Notes: generated from the sequence alone by a model not told the origin. A stretch of DNA of 64,000 nt from Planctomycetota bacterium (GCA_947444055.1 CANEYR010000014.1:1738-65737), one strand, 5' to 3'. Shown: positions 35,160 to 45,335, counted from the first letter of the stretch. Numbers and translations are program-made.

Positions 35160-35196
35160 TAGAAAAGAGAAAGGGCCCGGTTCCCGCCGGGCCCTT
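35160..35196 (-). terminator. Terminator-like GC-rich hairpin plus U-tract, oriented on the minus strand
   Basis: A 10-bp stem, AAGGGCCCGG (35171-35180) pairing with CCGGGCCCTT (35187-35196). On the minus strand it is followed by TCTCTTTTCT. It lies 80-115 nt upstream of the start of 33955..35079. Confidence 0.45.
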
Positions 35197-35295
35197 CCAA
35201 GGGGGTCGTCCTCTGACTGACTAACTCGACTCCCGTCTTCCCTATCCTGCCCCTGGTATCGGCAGGTTGACGACGCCAACTTCAGGCGCACCCGC

Positions 35296-36084
35296 ATGAA
35301 CACTCCCGCGTCACCCCCCGCCGCCGTCGTGACGATCGTGACCGGCAGCAGCCGCGGCATCGGCAAGGCCATCGCCGAAGCGCTCGCCAAAGCCGGCCAT
35401 CGCCTCCTGCTCACCGCCCGCGATGCGGCGAGCCTGCAGGCCGTCGCCACCAGCCTGCGCCAGGGCGGCGCCACCGTCGCGACCGTCGCCGCCGACCTGC
35501 GCGAGGAAGGTGCGGTGGCGACGATCGTCGCCACGGCCGAACGCGAACTCGGCCCGATCACGGCGGTCGTCAGCAACGCCGGCACCGCCCCGTCCGACAA
35601 GATCGAGAACACCACCCCGGCGATGCTGCGCGAGACCTTCGACCTGCACGTCGGCGCGCCGCTCGCCTTCGCGCGCGCCACCGCACCCGCCATGAAAAAG
35701 CGGGGCAGTGGCTGTCTCGTGCACTTGGCGTCGACGGCTGGCCTGCGCGGTTACCCATTCACCGCCGCCTACACCGCCGCCAAACATGGCATGGTCGGGC
35801 TGGCGCGCGCACTGCACGCCGAACTGGCGCCGGCCGGCGTGCGCGTCTTCGCGCTGTGCCCAGGCTTTGTCGACAGCGACATCACGCGCGGCGCTGCCGC
35901 CGCCATTGCCGCGCGCGGCAAGACCACCGCCGACGCCGCGTTCGCGCGCATGGCCGCGCAGAACCGCATCGGCCGCATGCACCTTCCCCACGAAGTCGCC
36001 GCCGCGGTCGCTTGGTTGCTGCGCGAACAGCCAACGGGCTGTGTCTACGATCTCGATCGCCCAACGCCCGCGTTCCTCGACTGA
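35296..36084 (+). CDS. Short-chain dehydrogenase/reductase (262 aa)
   Basis: TGSSRGIGKAIA cofactor motif and the YTAAK catalytic motif. Confidence 0.9.
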   Translation: MNTPASPPAAVVTIVTGSSRGIGKAIAEALAKAGHRLLLTARDAASLQAVATSLRQGGATVATVAADLREEGAVATIVATAERELGPITAVVSNAGTAPSDKIENTTPAMLRETFDLHVGAPLAFARATAPAMKKRGSGCLVHLASTAGLRGYPFTAAYTAAKHGMVGLARALHAELAPAGVRVFALCPGFVDSDITRGAAAAIAARGKTTADAAFARMAAQNRIGRMHLPHEVAAAVAWLLREQPTGCVYDLDRPTPAFLD

Positions 36085-36112
36085 ACCCGCTTCCTGCCAG
36101 CCCGCAACCATC

Positions 36113-36910
36113 ATGAGCCAATACGACTTTCGCTTCGAACGTGGCAGCGATGGCGTCGCGGTGTTGACGCTCGATCGACCCGAGACGCTCAACTCGCTGA
36201 CGTTCGCGATCTACGGCCAACTCGAACGCCTCTTCCGCGAGCTCGATGACGACGAGACGGTGAAGGTCGTTGTGCTCACCGGCCACGGTCGCGGCTTTTG
36301 CAGCGGCGGCAGCGTCGAGGACATCATCGGGCCGCTGCTCGAAAGCGAACTCGACGGCACACTCGCGTTCACGCGCATGACGGGAGCCGTGGTGCGCAAC
36401 ATGCTGCGCTTGCAGAAGCCGATCATCGCCGCCATCAACGGCATCGCCGCCGGCGCCGGGGCCGTGCTGGCGCTGGCCTGCGACCTGCGCGTGATGTCCG
36501 AGCAGGCGAAGTTCGCGTTCCTGTTCACCAAGGTTGGACTGACCGGCGCCGACATGGGTGCGGCGTGGCTGCTGCCCAAAGTGATCGGCACCGGCCGCGC
36601 CATGGAACTGCTAATGCTCGGCGACAAGGTGACCGCCGACGAATGCCACCGGATCGGCCTCGCCAATCGTGTGGTGCCGAGCGATCTGGTGATGACGGAA
36701 GCGCTGACGCTGGCGCGCCGCCTTGCCGCTGGCCCTGGCCTCGCGCTCGCGATGACGAAGAAGATGGTGTGGAACGAGTGGCCGATGGACCTCGAAGCCG
36801 CGATCGAACAAGAGGCACAGGCGCAAGCGCTGCTGCTGCGCGCCCACGACCACCGCGAGTTCTACAACGCATGGATGGAGAAGCGCGACGTGCGCTTCCT
36901 CGGCCGATGA
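36113..36910 (+). CDS. Enoyl-CoA hydratase/isomerase (crotonase) family protein (265 aa)
   Basis: [32 protein letters not shown] and [19 protein letters not shown]. Confidence 0.9.
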   Translation: MSQYDFRFERGSDGVAVLTLDRPETLNSLTFAIYGQLERLFRELDDDETVKVVVLTGHGRGFCSGGSVEDIIGPLLESELDGTLAFTRMTGAVVRNMLRLQKPIIAAINGIAAGAGAVLALACDLRVMSEQAKFAFLFTKVGLTGADMGAAWLLPKVIGTGRAMELLMLGDKVTADECHRIGLANRVVPSDLVMTEALTLARRLAAGPGLALAMTKKMVWNEWPMDLEAAIEQEAQAQALLLRAHDHREFYNAWMEKRDVRFLGR

Positions 36911-38082
36911 ACCAAGACCTCTGGTTGCCTGACAGCGATCTCGACGCTAAGCACCGCGACTTCGTGCAGCGCCTGCGCGCGTTCGCCAACGACAAGCTCG
37001 CGCCGCATGCGCGCGCGATCGACGAGAACCGCCAGTTCCGTCGCGCGATGGTGGACGAGCTCGCCGCGGCCGGCGTGCTCGGCGGCCCGCTGGCGCGCGA
37101 ACATGGCGGCAGCGCGTGGACGCCGTTGCAGTTGGCACTCGCCCACGAAGAGCTCGGCGCCGTCTGCGGCAACGCGCGCGGCTTCTGCGCCGTGCAGACG
37201 GGCCTCGTCGCCCAGTGCCTCGCCAAATTCGGCAATGATGCGCAGCGCCAACGTTGGCTTGGCCCACTGGTGCGCGGCGAAGCGATCGGTTGCTTTGCCC
37301 TGACCGAGCCCAACGCCGGCAGCGACGCCGCGGCGCTCAGCACAACCGCACAACGGCAAGCGGATGGCAGCTACCGGGTGCGCGGGGAGAAACACTGGAT
37401 CACCAACGGTGGCATTGCCGACGTCATGATCCTGTTCGCGACCGTCGATCCAGCGCAAGGGCGCGCGGGTATCACGGCGTTCTTGGTCGACACCACGCGC
37501 GCTGGTTTGACGCGCGAACCGATGCCAGGCATTGAGCTGGGCCACCGCGGCAGTGACCACGCCGTGTTGCGTTTCGATGGCTTGGCGGTCGCCGCCATCG
37601 AAGTGCTCGGCCCGATCGGCAAGGGCTTTGGTGTCGCGATGGGCGGACTGGCCGCCGGTCGGCTGTCGGTTGCAGCTGGTGCCGTCGGCATTCATCGCGC
37701 GGCTTTGGCCGCCGCCGTCGCCTTCACGACCGGCCGCCAACAGTTCGGCCAGCCGCTGGCGCATTTCCAAATGGTGCAAGAACGCCTCGCCGACATGTTG
37801 ACGACGCTGCACGCAAGCCGCGGCCTCGTGCATCGCTGCGCGCAGCGGCGCGGCGCTGGCAACGAGACGCACGCCGATGTCGCGATGGCGAAGCTCTACG
37901 CGACCGAAGCCGCCGCGAAGGCAGCCGATGACGCGGTCATGCTGCACGGAGCCCGCGGCTACAGCTCAGCCTTCCCGGCGGAGCGGCTGTGGCGCGACAT
38001 CCAAGCGCTGCGCATCTACGAAGGCACGTCGATGATCCAGAAGACCATCCTCGCGCGCATGCTGGCGACACCGTCGGCCTGA
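36907..38082 (+). CDS. Acyl-CoA dehydrogenase (391 aa)
   Basis: [21 protein letters not shown] and the C-terminal YEGTSMIQ motif. ATGA overlap with the hydratase stop. Confidence 0.95.
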   Translation: MNQDLWLPDSDLDAKHRDFVQRLRAFANDKLAPHARAIDENRQFRRAMVDELAAAGVLGGPLAREHGGSAWTPLQLALAHEELGAVCGNARGFCAVQTGLVAQCLAKFGNDAQRQRWLGPLVRGEAIGCFALTEPNAGSDAAALSTTAQRQADGSYRVRGEKHWITNGGIADVMILFATVDPAQGRAGITAFLVDTTRAGLTREPMPGIELGHRGSDHAVLRFDGLAVAAIEVLGPIGKGFGVAMGGLAAGRLSVAAGAVGIHRAALAAAVAFTTGRQQFGQPLAHFQMVQERLADMLTTLHASRGLVHRCAQRRGAGNETHADVAMAKLYATEAAAKAADDAVMLHGARGYSSAFPAERLWRDIQALRIYEGTSMIQKTILARMLATPSA

Positions 38083-38089
38083 CGTCGGC

Positions 38090-38827
38090 TCAGCGACCTT
38101 CCGGCCGTGCGTTCGAGAAGCTCAGCGTGATCGTCGCCTGATCTTCCCAGTTGCCCAGCGGGCGGCCTGGCGCCTGCTTCTGCAGCCGAAACTCGAGACC
38201 GATCATGCCGTCGCGAATCTGCGGGTTGGTCTTGATGGCCTTCTCGATGGCGGTCAGGCGCTCGTAGCACAGCTGGCGCGAGGTGATGGGCCCACCCTGC
38301 GGAGTTCGCCCGATGGCAACCTCTGGCGCCTGGATCAGCACGCGCACATCCGACGTGAACGTCAGCGACGCATCCACCGTGCGGCCAAGCCACGTCAACT
38401 GCTCCCGCTTGACCGGGAACGGCCGGTTGCTGTCGAAGAAATCCGACAGCGGGGCAGTGATCGCCACCGCATCGTTGCTCTGGTCGAACTCCAGGGACTT
38501 GCCGGCCACCTCCTGGTACTCGACCAGCGTCTCCTTCAAGAACTCGCGCATCTCACCGCTCTGCGCGGTCAGCAGCGGCACCGCTGCGGAGACGTCACCG
38601 CCGCCCGCCTGCTGGTCGAACAACCCTTCGTCCTTCGTCTTGCCTTCGCCGGCAATGTGGAACGCGAATTGGATCGACTTCTTCAGCTTCTTCAACTTCT
38701 CGAGATCCTGCACGCCGAGCGCATACAGCACGACGAACAGCGCGAACAGCAGCGTCATCATGTCCGCGAAGCTGATGACCCAGCGCTCGTGGTTGACGTG
38801 CTCTTCGTGTTTGTGCTTCTTCGCCAT
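38090..38827 (-). CDS. motB: MotB-like stator protein (245 aa)
   Basis: The N-terminal ERWVISFADMMTLLFALFVVLYAL has the conserved Asp-containing plug/TM region. The C-terminal OmpA-like region looks divergent (SRQLCYERLTAI in place of N..LS..RA..V). Confidence 0.8.
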   Translation of the reverse strand: MAKKHKHEEHVNHERWVISFADMMTLLFALFVVLYALGVQDLEKLKKLKKSIQFAFHIAGEGKTKDEGLFDQQAGGGDVSAAVPLLTAQSGEMREFLKETLVEYQEVAGKSLEFDQSNDAVAITAPLSDFFDSNRPFPVKREQLTWLGRTVDASLTFTSDVRVLIQAPEVAIGRTPQGGPITSRQLCYERLTAIEKAIKTNPQIRDGMIGLEFRLQKQAPGRPLGNWEDQATITLSFSNARPEGR

Positions 38828-38839
38828 GCGATCTCGCGA

Positions 38840-39616
38840 CTAGTGCTTCTTGTCGGCAGCAGCGCCGCCGTGGCTACCGAGATAGACCTTCAACTTGCTG
38901 CGCAGCGCGCCCGGTGCGATGCCGGACTGAATGCCGACGACGCCTTCGAGCACCATGCTCTTCAGCAACTGGTCGTGCTCGATGTGCCGCTTCAGTTTGA
39001 ACGACATGGGCAGGCACACGACGTTGGCGAAGCCGACGCCGTAGACCGTTGCGACGAACGCGACAGCGATGCCGGGGCCGATCAGCTCAGGCTGCGACAA
39101 CACGCTCATCACGTGCATCAGACCGAGCACGGCGCCGAGCACGCCGACGGTCGGCGCCAGCGCACCCCACGACTCCCAGAACTTCATGCCCGCCTTGTCG
39201 TCCTCTTCCTGGATGTGCATGTCGACTTCGACCGACTCGCGGATCGCTTCGGCCGAACTGCCGTCGATCGCGAGCGTCAGGCACTTGACGAGGAAGGGGT
39301 CGCCCTGGCCGCTGTTGGCATAGGTTTCCAACGCCAGCAGGCCTTCGCGCCGCGCCAAGTTGGCGAGATCGAGGATCTTCTCCATCACCCCGTGGAAGTC
39401 GTACTTGCCCGGCAAGAAGAACCGCTTCAACGACTTGATCGCAAACGGCATGTCCGACGGCAAAGTCGCCACCATCGTCGCTCCAAGCGAGCCGATGATG
39501 ACGATCATGAACGCCGTCACCTGCAGCAGGGAGTCGGGGTGACCGCCCTCCAAGATCATGCCGCCGATGATGCCGACGATCGCGACGACCAAGCCGAGAA
39601 TGCTGAAGATGTCCAT
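38840..39616 (-). CDS. motA: MotA/TolQ/ExbB-family proton channel, MotA-like (258 aa)
   Basis: MDIFSILGLVVAIVGIIGGMILEGG..., then PTVGVLGAVLGLM and IAVAFVATVYGVGFANVVCLP. I chose the ATG at 39616 because the longer ORF to 39871 overlaps the next gene. Confidence 0.9.
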   Translation of the reverse strand: MDIFSILGLVVAIVGIIGGMILEGGHPDSLLQVTAFMIVIIGSLGATMVATLPSDMPFAIKSLKRFFLPGKYDFHGVMEKILDLANLARREGLLALETYANSGQGDPFLVKCLTLAIDGSSAEAIRESVEVDMHIQEEDDKAGMKFWESWGALAPTVGVLGAVLGLMHVMSVLSQPELIGPGIAVAFVATVYGVGFANVVCLPMSFKLKRHIEHDQLLKSMVLEGVVGIQSGIAPGALRSKLKVYLGSHGGAAADKKH

Positions 39617-39753
39617 TGCCGCGATGTCGAACTGGTGCCGAACGGAATGCGCCACTTGGATGATGGGCGATTGCGACGGCGGCTTGAGCCCGGCGTGGCG
39701 TTTCTCAGCACGAGGCACGCGCTGTCGCAAGCTGCAACAGACGAGCCCTCGCT

Positions 39754-40821
39754 TCAGTCGCGTTTCGTACGCTCGCTCTCCATCAGTCCCACGCGCTGCG
39801 CCTTCACCAGCAACCACAAGAGGCGCGCGTACTCGACGACAAACGACCGCTGGCGCCACCACACGCGCCACCAGCTCACCCGCCGCAACGGCCGCAAGCG
39901 CCGCCGTTCAGCCAGGATCGCCGGCAGTTCGCGCAGGGCTCGGCTGCGACCGCACACGAACGCCCACGCCACGCGCGGTCGTCCGCACAACGGCATCAGC
40001 ACCACGATCGCCAAGTTGCTGAGCAGGAATCCCGGCAAGTTGAGCAACAGCACCGGCCACGGCAGATTGACCGCGAACGCCCAGGTCGCGTTGCGCACCG
40101 AGCGCACGTTGAACGCCACATCGCGCACGCGGCGGATCGTCGCGTTGAGGTGATGCACGACGTCGGCGTCCGGCGCGTAGCGAATGCGCCAACCAGCCAT
40201 GCCCGCGCGCAACATCAGGTCCGCGTCTTCGAAGTTGGCGAAGAAGTCATCGCGAAACAACCCAACCTCACGCAGCATCGCGACGCGCAGCAACACGGCC
40301 CCACCACACGCCGACAACACGTCGTCACCGACGTTCCATTGCACGGCTGGCTGCAACCGTCCGCGCGGCGCCGAGTCGCCATTGCTCAGTAACCAGACGC
40401 CAGCACCGTCGAGCAGATCCGGTTGTCGGAAAAGCCGCATGCGACTGGCTACCGCGCCAATGCGCGCATCGAGATCCGCAGCCTTAACCAACTGTTCGAC
40501 CCAGCGCGAATCCGCTTCCGCATCGTTGTTGAGCAGCGCCACAAACTCGCAGCGGCCTGCCGCCAGCACCAGCCGCATCGCGTGATTGCAGCCGCCAGTG
40601 AAGCCTTCGTTGCGCGGTAGTGCGTGCAGGTGAATGCGCTCGCCGAACTCGTCCCGCAGCGCCTTCGCTTCGTCGTGCAAGGAGCCGTTGTCGACGACAT
40701 GGATCTCGAGCGCCGACCACGTCTGCGCCAACAACGTTCGCACGCAGGCGCGTGTCAGCTGCAGCCCATCCCAATTGAGCACGACCACCGCGACCCGACG
40801 CGGCAGCTTGGGATCGTTCAC
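39754..40821 (-). CDS. Family-2 glycosyltransferase (355 aa)
   Basis: VAVVVLNWDG, HVVDNGSLHDE, NEGFTGGCN, LLNNDAE and FFANFEDADLMLR. Confidence 0.9.
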   Translation of the reverse strand: MNDPKLPRRVAVVVLNWDGLQLTRACVRTLLAQTWSALEIHVVDNGSLHDEAKALRDEFGERIHLHALPRNEGFTGGCNHAMRLVLAAGRCEFVALLNNDAEADSRWVEQLVKAADLDARIGAVASRMRLFRQPDLLDGAGVWLLSNGDSAPRGRLQPAVQWNVGDDVLSACGGAVLLRVAMLREVGLFRDDFFANFEDADLMLRAGMAGWRIRYAPDADVVHHLNATIRRVRDVAFNVRSVRNATWAFAVNLPWPVLLLNLPGFLLSNLAIVVLMPLCGRPRVAWAFVCGRSRALRELPAILAERRRLRPLRRVSWWRVWWRQRSFVVEYARLLWLLVKAQRVGLMESERTKRD

Positions 40822-40859
40822 GAGTCAGCCTCGTCAGCGCGCGTCGGCATTGTCGTAGG

Positions 40860-41867
40860 CTAGCCCCCCGCTCCGCCGAGACCAAAGCGCACCGCGAGCT
40901 GGCGACCGAGTCGCAACAGCCCACGTCCTGGGGGCCCCAGACGCCACAGCCCGCGGAACACCAGCACGTACGGATCGCGCAGCAGCCCTGGCGCGTGGGC
41001 TTGCACGAAGGCCAGCTTGGCCTCGACCGCCGACCGTCGACCCGCTTGCAGATCGGTCAGAGCCTCGTGCAACAGGTTGTTGCGCAGCGCCGGGCTAGCT
41101 CCATGCGCCGCCGGCAACAGCCCCGCCACGATGCCGGTCGCGATGGCTTCGTGTAGCACCGACAACTCTTCGGGAAAGCGCGAACCGCTGTTCGCCGCCT
41201 GCGTCGCCGCCGCCGCATGCCGTCGGTAGCGCATCAACAACTCGGGCACGTCAACGAGCGCGAAGCCAGCGCGTAACATGCGGAACGAGTACTCCCAATC
41301 GAGCGCGAAGCGCACGTCCGTGCGGAACGGTCCGGCCGCGCGCACCGCCGCCGTGCGATAGAGGATCGAGGGGCAGACGATGAAGTTGCCGCGCCACAGT
41401 CGCGCGTACTGCGAGCACCGATCGCTGCTCGCCGCCTGCCGCCAGAAGTGTTCCTTGTAGCGTTCGGCCGGCGACGTCATCGGCTTGCCGTCGGCATCAA
41501 TCGCGCTGGCGCGGCAATGCGCAAAGCCCGCGTCCGGCCGTTCGGCCAACGCCGCCAGCATGCGTTCGAGGTAGTGCGTTTCGTAGACGTCATCCTGATG
41601 CGCCAGGCAGAAGTACGGCGTCGTCACCAAGTCGACGCAACGGTTCCAGTTGCCGCCGATGCCGAGCGCCGGCTCGTTGCGATGCACGACCACCCGATCC
41701 CCAGCGACTTCGCGCGCCACAGCGATCGAGTCGTCGCTCGAGCCATCGTCGACCAGCAGCAACTCGAAGTCTTGCCGCGTCTGCGCCAGCAGCGACTGCA
41801 ACAGCGGCCGCAGATGCCTACCCGCATTGCGGCACGGGATGGCGAAGGTGGCAACCGGCGTCTGCAC
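40860..41867 (-). CDS. Family-2 glycosyltransferase (335 aa from GTG 41867; the ORF extends to 42053)
   Basis: FAIPCRNAGRHL, LLLVDDGSSDDS and CLAHQDDVY. I prefer the GTG at 41867 because the longer ORF would overlap the divergent gene start at 41972. Confidence 0.8.
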   Translation of the reverse strand: MQTPVATFAIPCRNAGRHLRPLLQSLLAQTRQDFELLLVDDGSSDDSIAVAREVAGDRVVVHRNEPALGIGGNWNRCVDLVTTPYFCLAHQDDVYETHYLERMLAALAERPDAGFAHCRASAIDADGKPMTSPAERYKEHFWRQAASSDRCSQYARLWRGNFIVCPSILYRTAAVRAAGPFRTDVRFALDWEYSFRMLRAGFALVDVPELLMRYRRHAAAATQAANSGSRFPEELSVLHEAIATGIVAGLLPAAHGASPALRNNLLHEALTDLQAGRRSAVEAKLAFVQAHAPGLLRDPYVLVFRGLWRLGPPGRGLLRLGRQLAVRFGLGGAGG

Positions 41868-41971
41868 GAACGCAGCAGAACGAGCTCGCGCGAACGGGTC
41901 AAGCAAGCGACCGCGCGGCTGGCCCTGTCCCGGCCTTGCAGCAGCCCCACAGGAAGCGGTATGCGACTGGC

Positions 41972-43696
41972 ATGCGCACCCTGTTTGCCGTCGCTTCCCT
42001 GCTGCCGACCCTGCTCGCCCAGGCCGCCCCCGATCCGCTGCGCTTCGTGCCAAGCGACGCCGTCGTCGTCGTTCGCATCGCCGGCCCCGCCGGTTGGCAG
42101 GAGCTGGCCGCCACTGGCGTAGGCAAAGCGTTCACCGCCTGCATGGCCAGTGAGAGCGGGCGACAGTTGCTGGCGATGGCACAGAAGCAACTCGATCCCG
42201 ACGGCAAGGGTGAGGCCAAGGGCAAGCGTCTGTTCGAAGCCCTCGCATCCCACGCCGGCGACCTCGTGCTGGCTGGCCTGCTCGACTGCACCGTGGCGAG
42301 TGAAACGAAACCACCCGGCTTCTGCATCGCACTGTCGATCCCAGGCGACGGCAAGACCGACCTCGCACCGCTGCAGAAAGCGATCGACGACTCGCTGCCC
42401 GCAGAACCCCAGGCAAAGACCATCGAAGGCCGCGAGCTGCAGGTGCACGCTATGGCGCAGGGAGAACTCACCGCACCGCTGCTGGTCGATGGTTCGCTAG
42501 TAATGCTGTGGGCGTCCGATCTCGAACACTTTGCCCCGCGTGTGTTCGCACCGCGTGAAGTACCCTTCGCTGCCGTTGCAGCGCTGCGTCGCGGTGTGAT
42601 CGGCGTGCAGATCGAGCCACATCAGGCCTTAACTGATCTGGGGGAAGCCTGCGGCAAGCTCGACGACGAACGTGGTCCGCGCGCGAAGAAGGCCCTCGAT
42701 CTCTCGGGGGTGCTCACCCTGCAGCGAGCGACATACTCGCTGTTCGCCGATGGCGCCCACCTTGGTCAAGAAGCGCGCATGGAGTGGAACGCAACCCCGC
42801 GAGGCATCTTCGACATCGTGTTGCCGGCCAGTAAGCGCCGACCAGCGCTACTCGCGTTCCTGCCGCCGGTGACGCCAAACTGGACGATCGGAACCTTCGA
42901 TGTTGCCGCCGCCCAGGCGCTCTATCGTCAGGCCTTCGCGATCTTGGGCCCGGACATCGGCAAGAGCCAGGAAGAGATCGAAGGCGCGTTCACAGACTTC
43001 ACCAAGCTGCTACTGCACGAGGACTTCTTGGCACTGATCGGCAGTGAGTACCTGCGCATCGACGACTTCTCCGCACTGGGCCCAGACGAAGACGTCGACC
43101 CACAGCTCGAGAAGCTCAAGGACCGCGCAGACGCTGCGTGCTATGCCGTGCAGCTTCGCGATGGGAAGAAGATGGCCGTCAACTTCGAGAAAGCGGTGCG
43201 CGCGCGCGGCCTGCACGCTGGCCGCAAGACCGAGACCTACGGTGACGTCAAGGTGCACCAGCTCAAGCTGCTCGGCTCGCTCCCGATCGAGTACGCCTTC
43301 GTCGGCGACCTCTTCGTCGTCGGAATCGGCGACGGCGAGGGCACGCAACGCAACCTGCGCCGGCTGCTCGACACGGTGAAGGCGCAGGAGAAGCAACCCG
43401 CACTTCCTGAGTTGGCTGTCGCCGTGCAACAGCGCCTGCTCGGGTGGCCCGAGGACTGGGCGGCCATCGATGTCGGCGGCTTCACCGAACTGCTCGATGG
43501 CCTGATCACCATGCTCGACTCCGTTCACCAGATGCTGCGTGATGCGGATGTGGAGCCATCCGACATCGACTATCTGCTGCCGGCCACCGAGTTGAGCCGC
43601 GGACTGCGCGCCGAACTCGTGCGCCATCAGGCCGACGTGACGGTGACGGTCTGGTACCAGAGTCGCGATGCCTTCCTCATGCGATCGCGCTGGTGA
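41972..43696 (+). CDS. Secreted protein of unknown function (574 aa)
   Basis: Signal peptide MRTLFAVASLLPTLLAQA. The composition is non-biased, and I recognise no family motifs with confidence. Confidence 0.7.
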   Translation: MRTLFAVASLLPTLLAQAAPDPLRFVPSDAVVVVRIAGPAGWQELAATGVGKAFTACMASESGRQLLAMAQKQLDPDGKGEAKGKRLFEALASHAGDLVLAGLLDCTVASETKPPGFCIALSIPGDGKTDLAPLQKAIDDSLPAEPQAKTIEGRELQVHAMAQGELTAPLLVDGSLVMLWASDLEHFAPRVFAPREVPFAAVAALRRGVIGVQIEPHQALTDLGEACGKLDDERGPRAKKALDLSGVLTLQRATYSLFADGAHLGQEARMEWNATPRGIFDIVLPASKRRPALLAFLPPVTPNWTIGTFDVAAAQALYRQAFAILGPDIGKSQEEIEGAFTDFTKLLLHEDFLALIGSEYLRIDDFSALGPDEDVDPQLEKLKDRADAACYAVQLRDGKKMAVNFEKAVRARGLHAGRKTETYGDVKVHQLKLLGSLPIEYAFVGDLFVVGIGDGEGTQRNLRRLLDTVKAQEKQPALPELAVAVQQRLLGWPEDWAAIDVGGFTELLDGLITMLDSVHQMLRDADVEPSDIDYLLPATELSRGLRAELVRHQADVTVTVWYQSRDAFLMRSRW

Positions 43697-43769
43697 GGCC
43701 CCGCCGCTCGCGCCGGCCCTGACCCGACACTACGCTCCCGCCCCCACTCGTCCCCGCGGAGCCCGAATC

Positions 43770-45113
43770 TTGTCAGCCACCGAGTCGCCGTTCTGGAATC
43801 CAAAGACCGAGACGCTGCCGAAGGAGCAGTTGCGGGCTTTGCAGCTGCACAAGCTGCAGCGCCTGGTCGAACGCGCGTGGCACAGCTCGCCGTTCCATCG
43901 CCGCCTCTACGAGAAGGCGGGCGTGCGCCCAGAGCAGATCAAAACCCTCGACGACATCCGCCGGCTGCCGTTCATGACGCGCGAAGACTGGATGGCGAAC
44001 CAGGCCGACAAGCCGATGTTCGGCGACCTGATCACGCGACCGATCAGTGAGGCGATCCGCTACCACCTGACGTCCGGCACCTCAGGGCGTCAGCCACTGC
44101 GTGTGCTCGATGGCCGCAAGGACTGGGCGTGGATCGCCGACATGTGGTGCTACGGCTTCTGGGGCTTTGGCATCCGGCCGACGGACACCGTGTTCTTCGC
44201 GTTCTCGTATGGCTCGTTCATCGGCTTCTGGGGCGCTCACTACTGCTGCGAGAAGATGGGTTGCCTCACGCTCGCGTCCGGCAACATGACGACCGAGCAG
44301 CGCATCAAGCAGATCGTCGAGATGGGCGTCACCGTCGTTTGCGCGACGCCGACCTACGCGCTGCGCATGGGCCAGACCGCCGAGAAGATGGGCATCAAGC
44401 TGCGGGAAGACGGCAAGGTGCGGCGCGTGATCGTCAGCGGCGAACCCGCGGGGTCGATTCCTGCGGTCAAGAAGATGATCGAGGAGATGTGGGGCGGCAA
44501 GTGCGGCGACACCGCCGGCATGACCGAGATCGGCACCATCATGATCTTCGAATGCGACCATCAACCCGGCGGTCCACACATCATCGAAGACCACTTCATC
44601 GAAGAGGTGCTCGACCCCGACACCGACAAGCCCGTTCCCTACGGCGAACGCGGCGAACGCGTCGTGACGTCGTTTGGGCGCGGCTTCATCCCGCTCATTC
44701 GCTACCGCACCAAAGACCTCGTCAACAAGGTGCCGCACACGCGCTGCACCTGCGGCCGCACCGGCGACATCTACGACGGCGGCATTCTCGGGCGCGTCGA
44801 CGACATGAAGTTGATCCGCGGCACCAACGTCTATCCGCGCGCGGTCGAAGCGGTCGTGCGCGAGCACGCGGAAGTCGAGGAGTTTCAAATCATCATCCAG
44901 CGCGTCGACAACGTGCAGGACGAGATTGCGGTGAAGGTCGAACTCAAGCCCGGCCTTGAGGAGACGTGGCCGCGGCTGCAAGCGCAGCTCGGCAAAGACC
45001 TCGCCGACGCGCACGAAGGCCTGCGCTTCAACGTCGAGTTGGCAAAGCTTGGGGAGCTGCCCCGCTTTGAGTTGAAGGCGAAGCGGCTGCAGGACCTCCG
45101 GCCCAAGATGTGA
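43770..45113 (+). CDS. Phenylacetate-CoA ligase family (PaaK/CapK/F390-synthetase-like) adenylating enzyme (447 aa)
   Basis: FWNPKTETLPKEQLRALQLHKLQRLV, HLTSGTSGRQP, SGEPAG and RYRTKD match the PaaK-like motif series. The TTG start at 43770 has a GGAG 9 nt upstream. An alternative ATG at 43668 would overlap the upstream gene. Confidence 0.85.
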   Translation: MSATESPFWNPKTETLPKEQLRALQLHKLQRLVERAWHSSPFHRRLYEKAGVRPEQIKTLDDIRRLPFMTREDWMANQADKPMFGDLITRPISEAIRYHLTSGTSGRQPLRVLDGRKDWAWIADMWCYGFWGFGIRPTDTVFFAFSYGSFIGFWGAHYCCEKMGCLTLASGNMTTEQRIKQIVEMGVTVVCATPTYALRMGQTAEKMGIKLREDGKVRRVIVSGEPAGSIPAVKKMIEEMWGGKCGDTAGMTEIGTIMIFECDHQPGGPHIIEDHFIEEVLDPDTDKPVPYGERGERVVTSFGRGFIPLIRYRTKDLVNKVPHTRCTCGRTGDIYDGGILGRVDDMKLIRGTNVYPRAVEAVVREHAEVEEFQIIIQRVDNVQDEIAVKVELKPGLEETWPRLQAQLGKDLADAHEGLRFNVELAKLGELPRFELKAKRLQDLRPKM

Positions 45114-45128
45114 TCTAGGAGCACCACG

Positions 45129-45335
45129 ATGACACCACCAAAGAACGATCTGCTCGGGCGACCGATGACGAAGGACGAGCTGGAGTTGCTCGATCTGTAC
45201 TCGCGGCTGAAGACGATGAGTGCGCGGCGTGATCTAGCGCCCGTTGCGAGCGCGAACGTGAAGCAAGCGATGGTGCTGCTGTGGAACGCCTGCAACGACC
45301 TAGCTCTGGTCTATGAAGAGCCGGGCTGCGACTGA
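45129..45335 (+). CDS. Small hypothetical protein (68 aa)
   Basis: AGGAG Shine-Dalgarno 8 nt upstream of the ATG, 15 nt after the ligase stop. Composition is non-biased. No family recognised. Confidence 0.5.
   Translation: MTPPKNDLLGRPMTKDELELLDLYSRLKTMSARRDLAPVASANVKQAMVLLWNACNDLALVYEEPGCD

Noticed and set aside
38090-39616. MotA/MotB-like pair as a Zorya-type anti-phage system
   Set aside because: MotA here is 258 aa with no long C-terminal tail. No ZorC/ZorD-like (or ZorE) genes follow. The neighbours are glycosyltransferase and acyl-CoA dehydrogenase genes.
38657-40153. 498-aa + strand ORF over motA/motB
   Set aside because: It is antisense to the clearly recognisable MotA and MotB genes and is Arg/His/Asp-rich junk.
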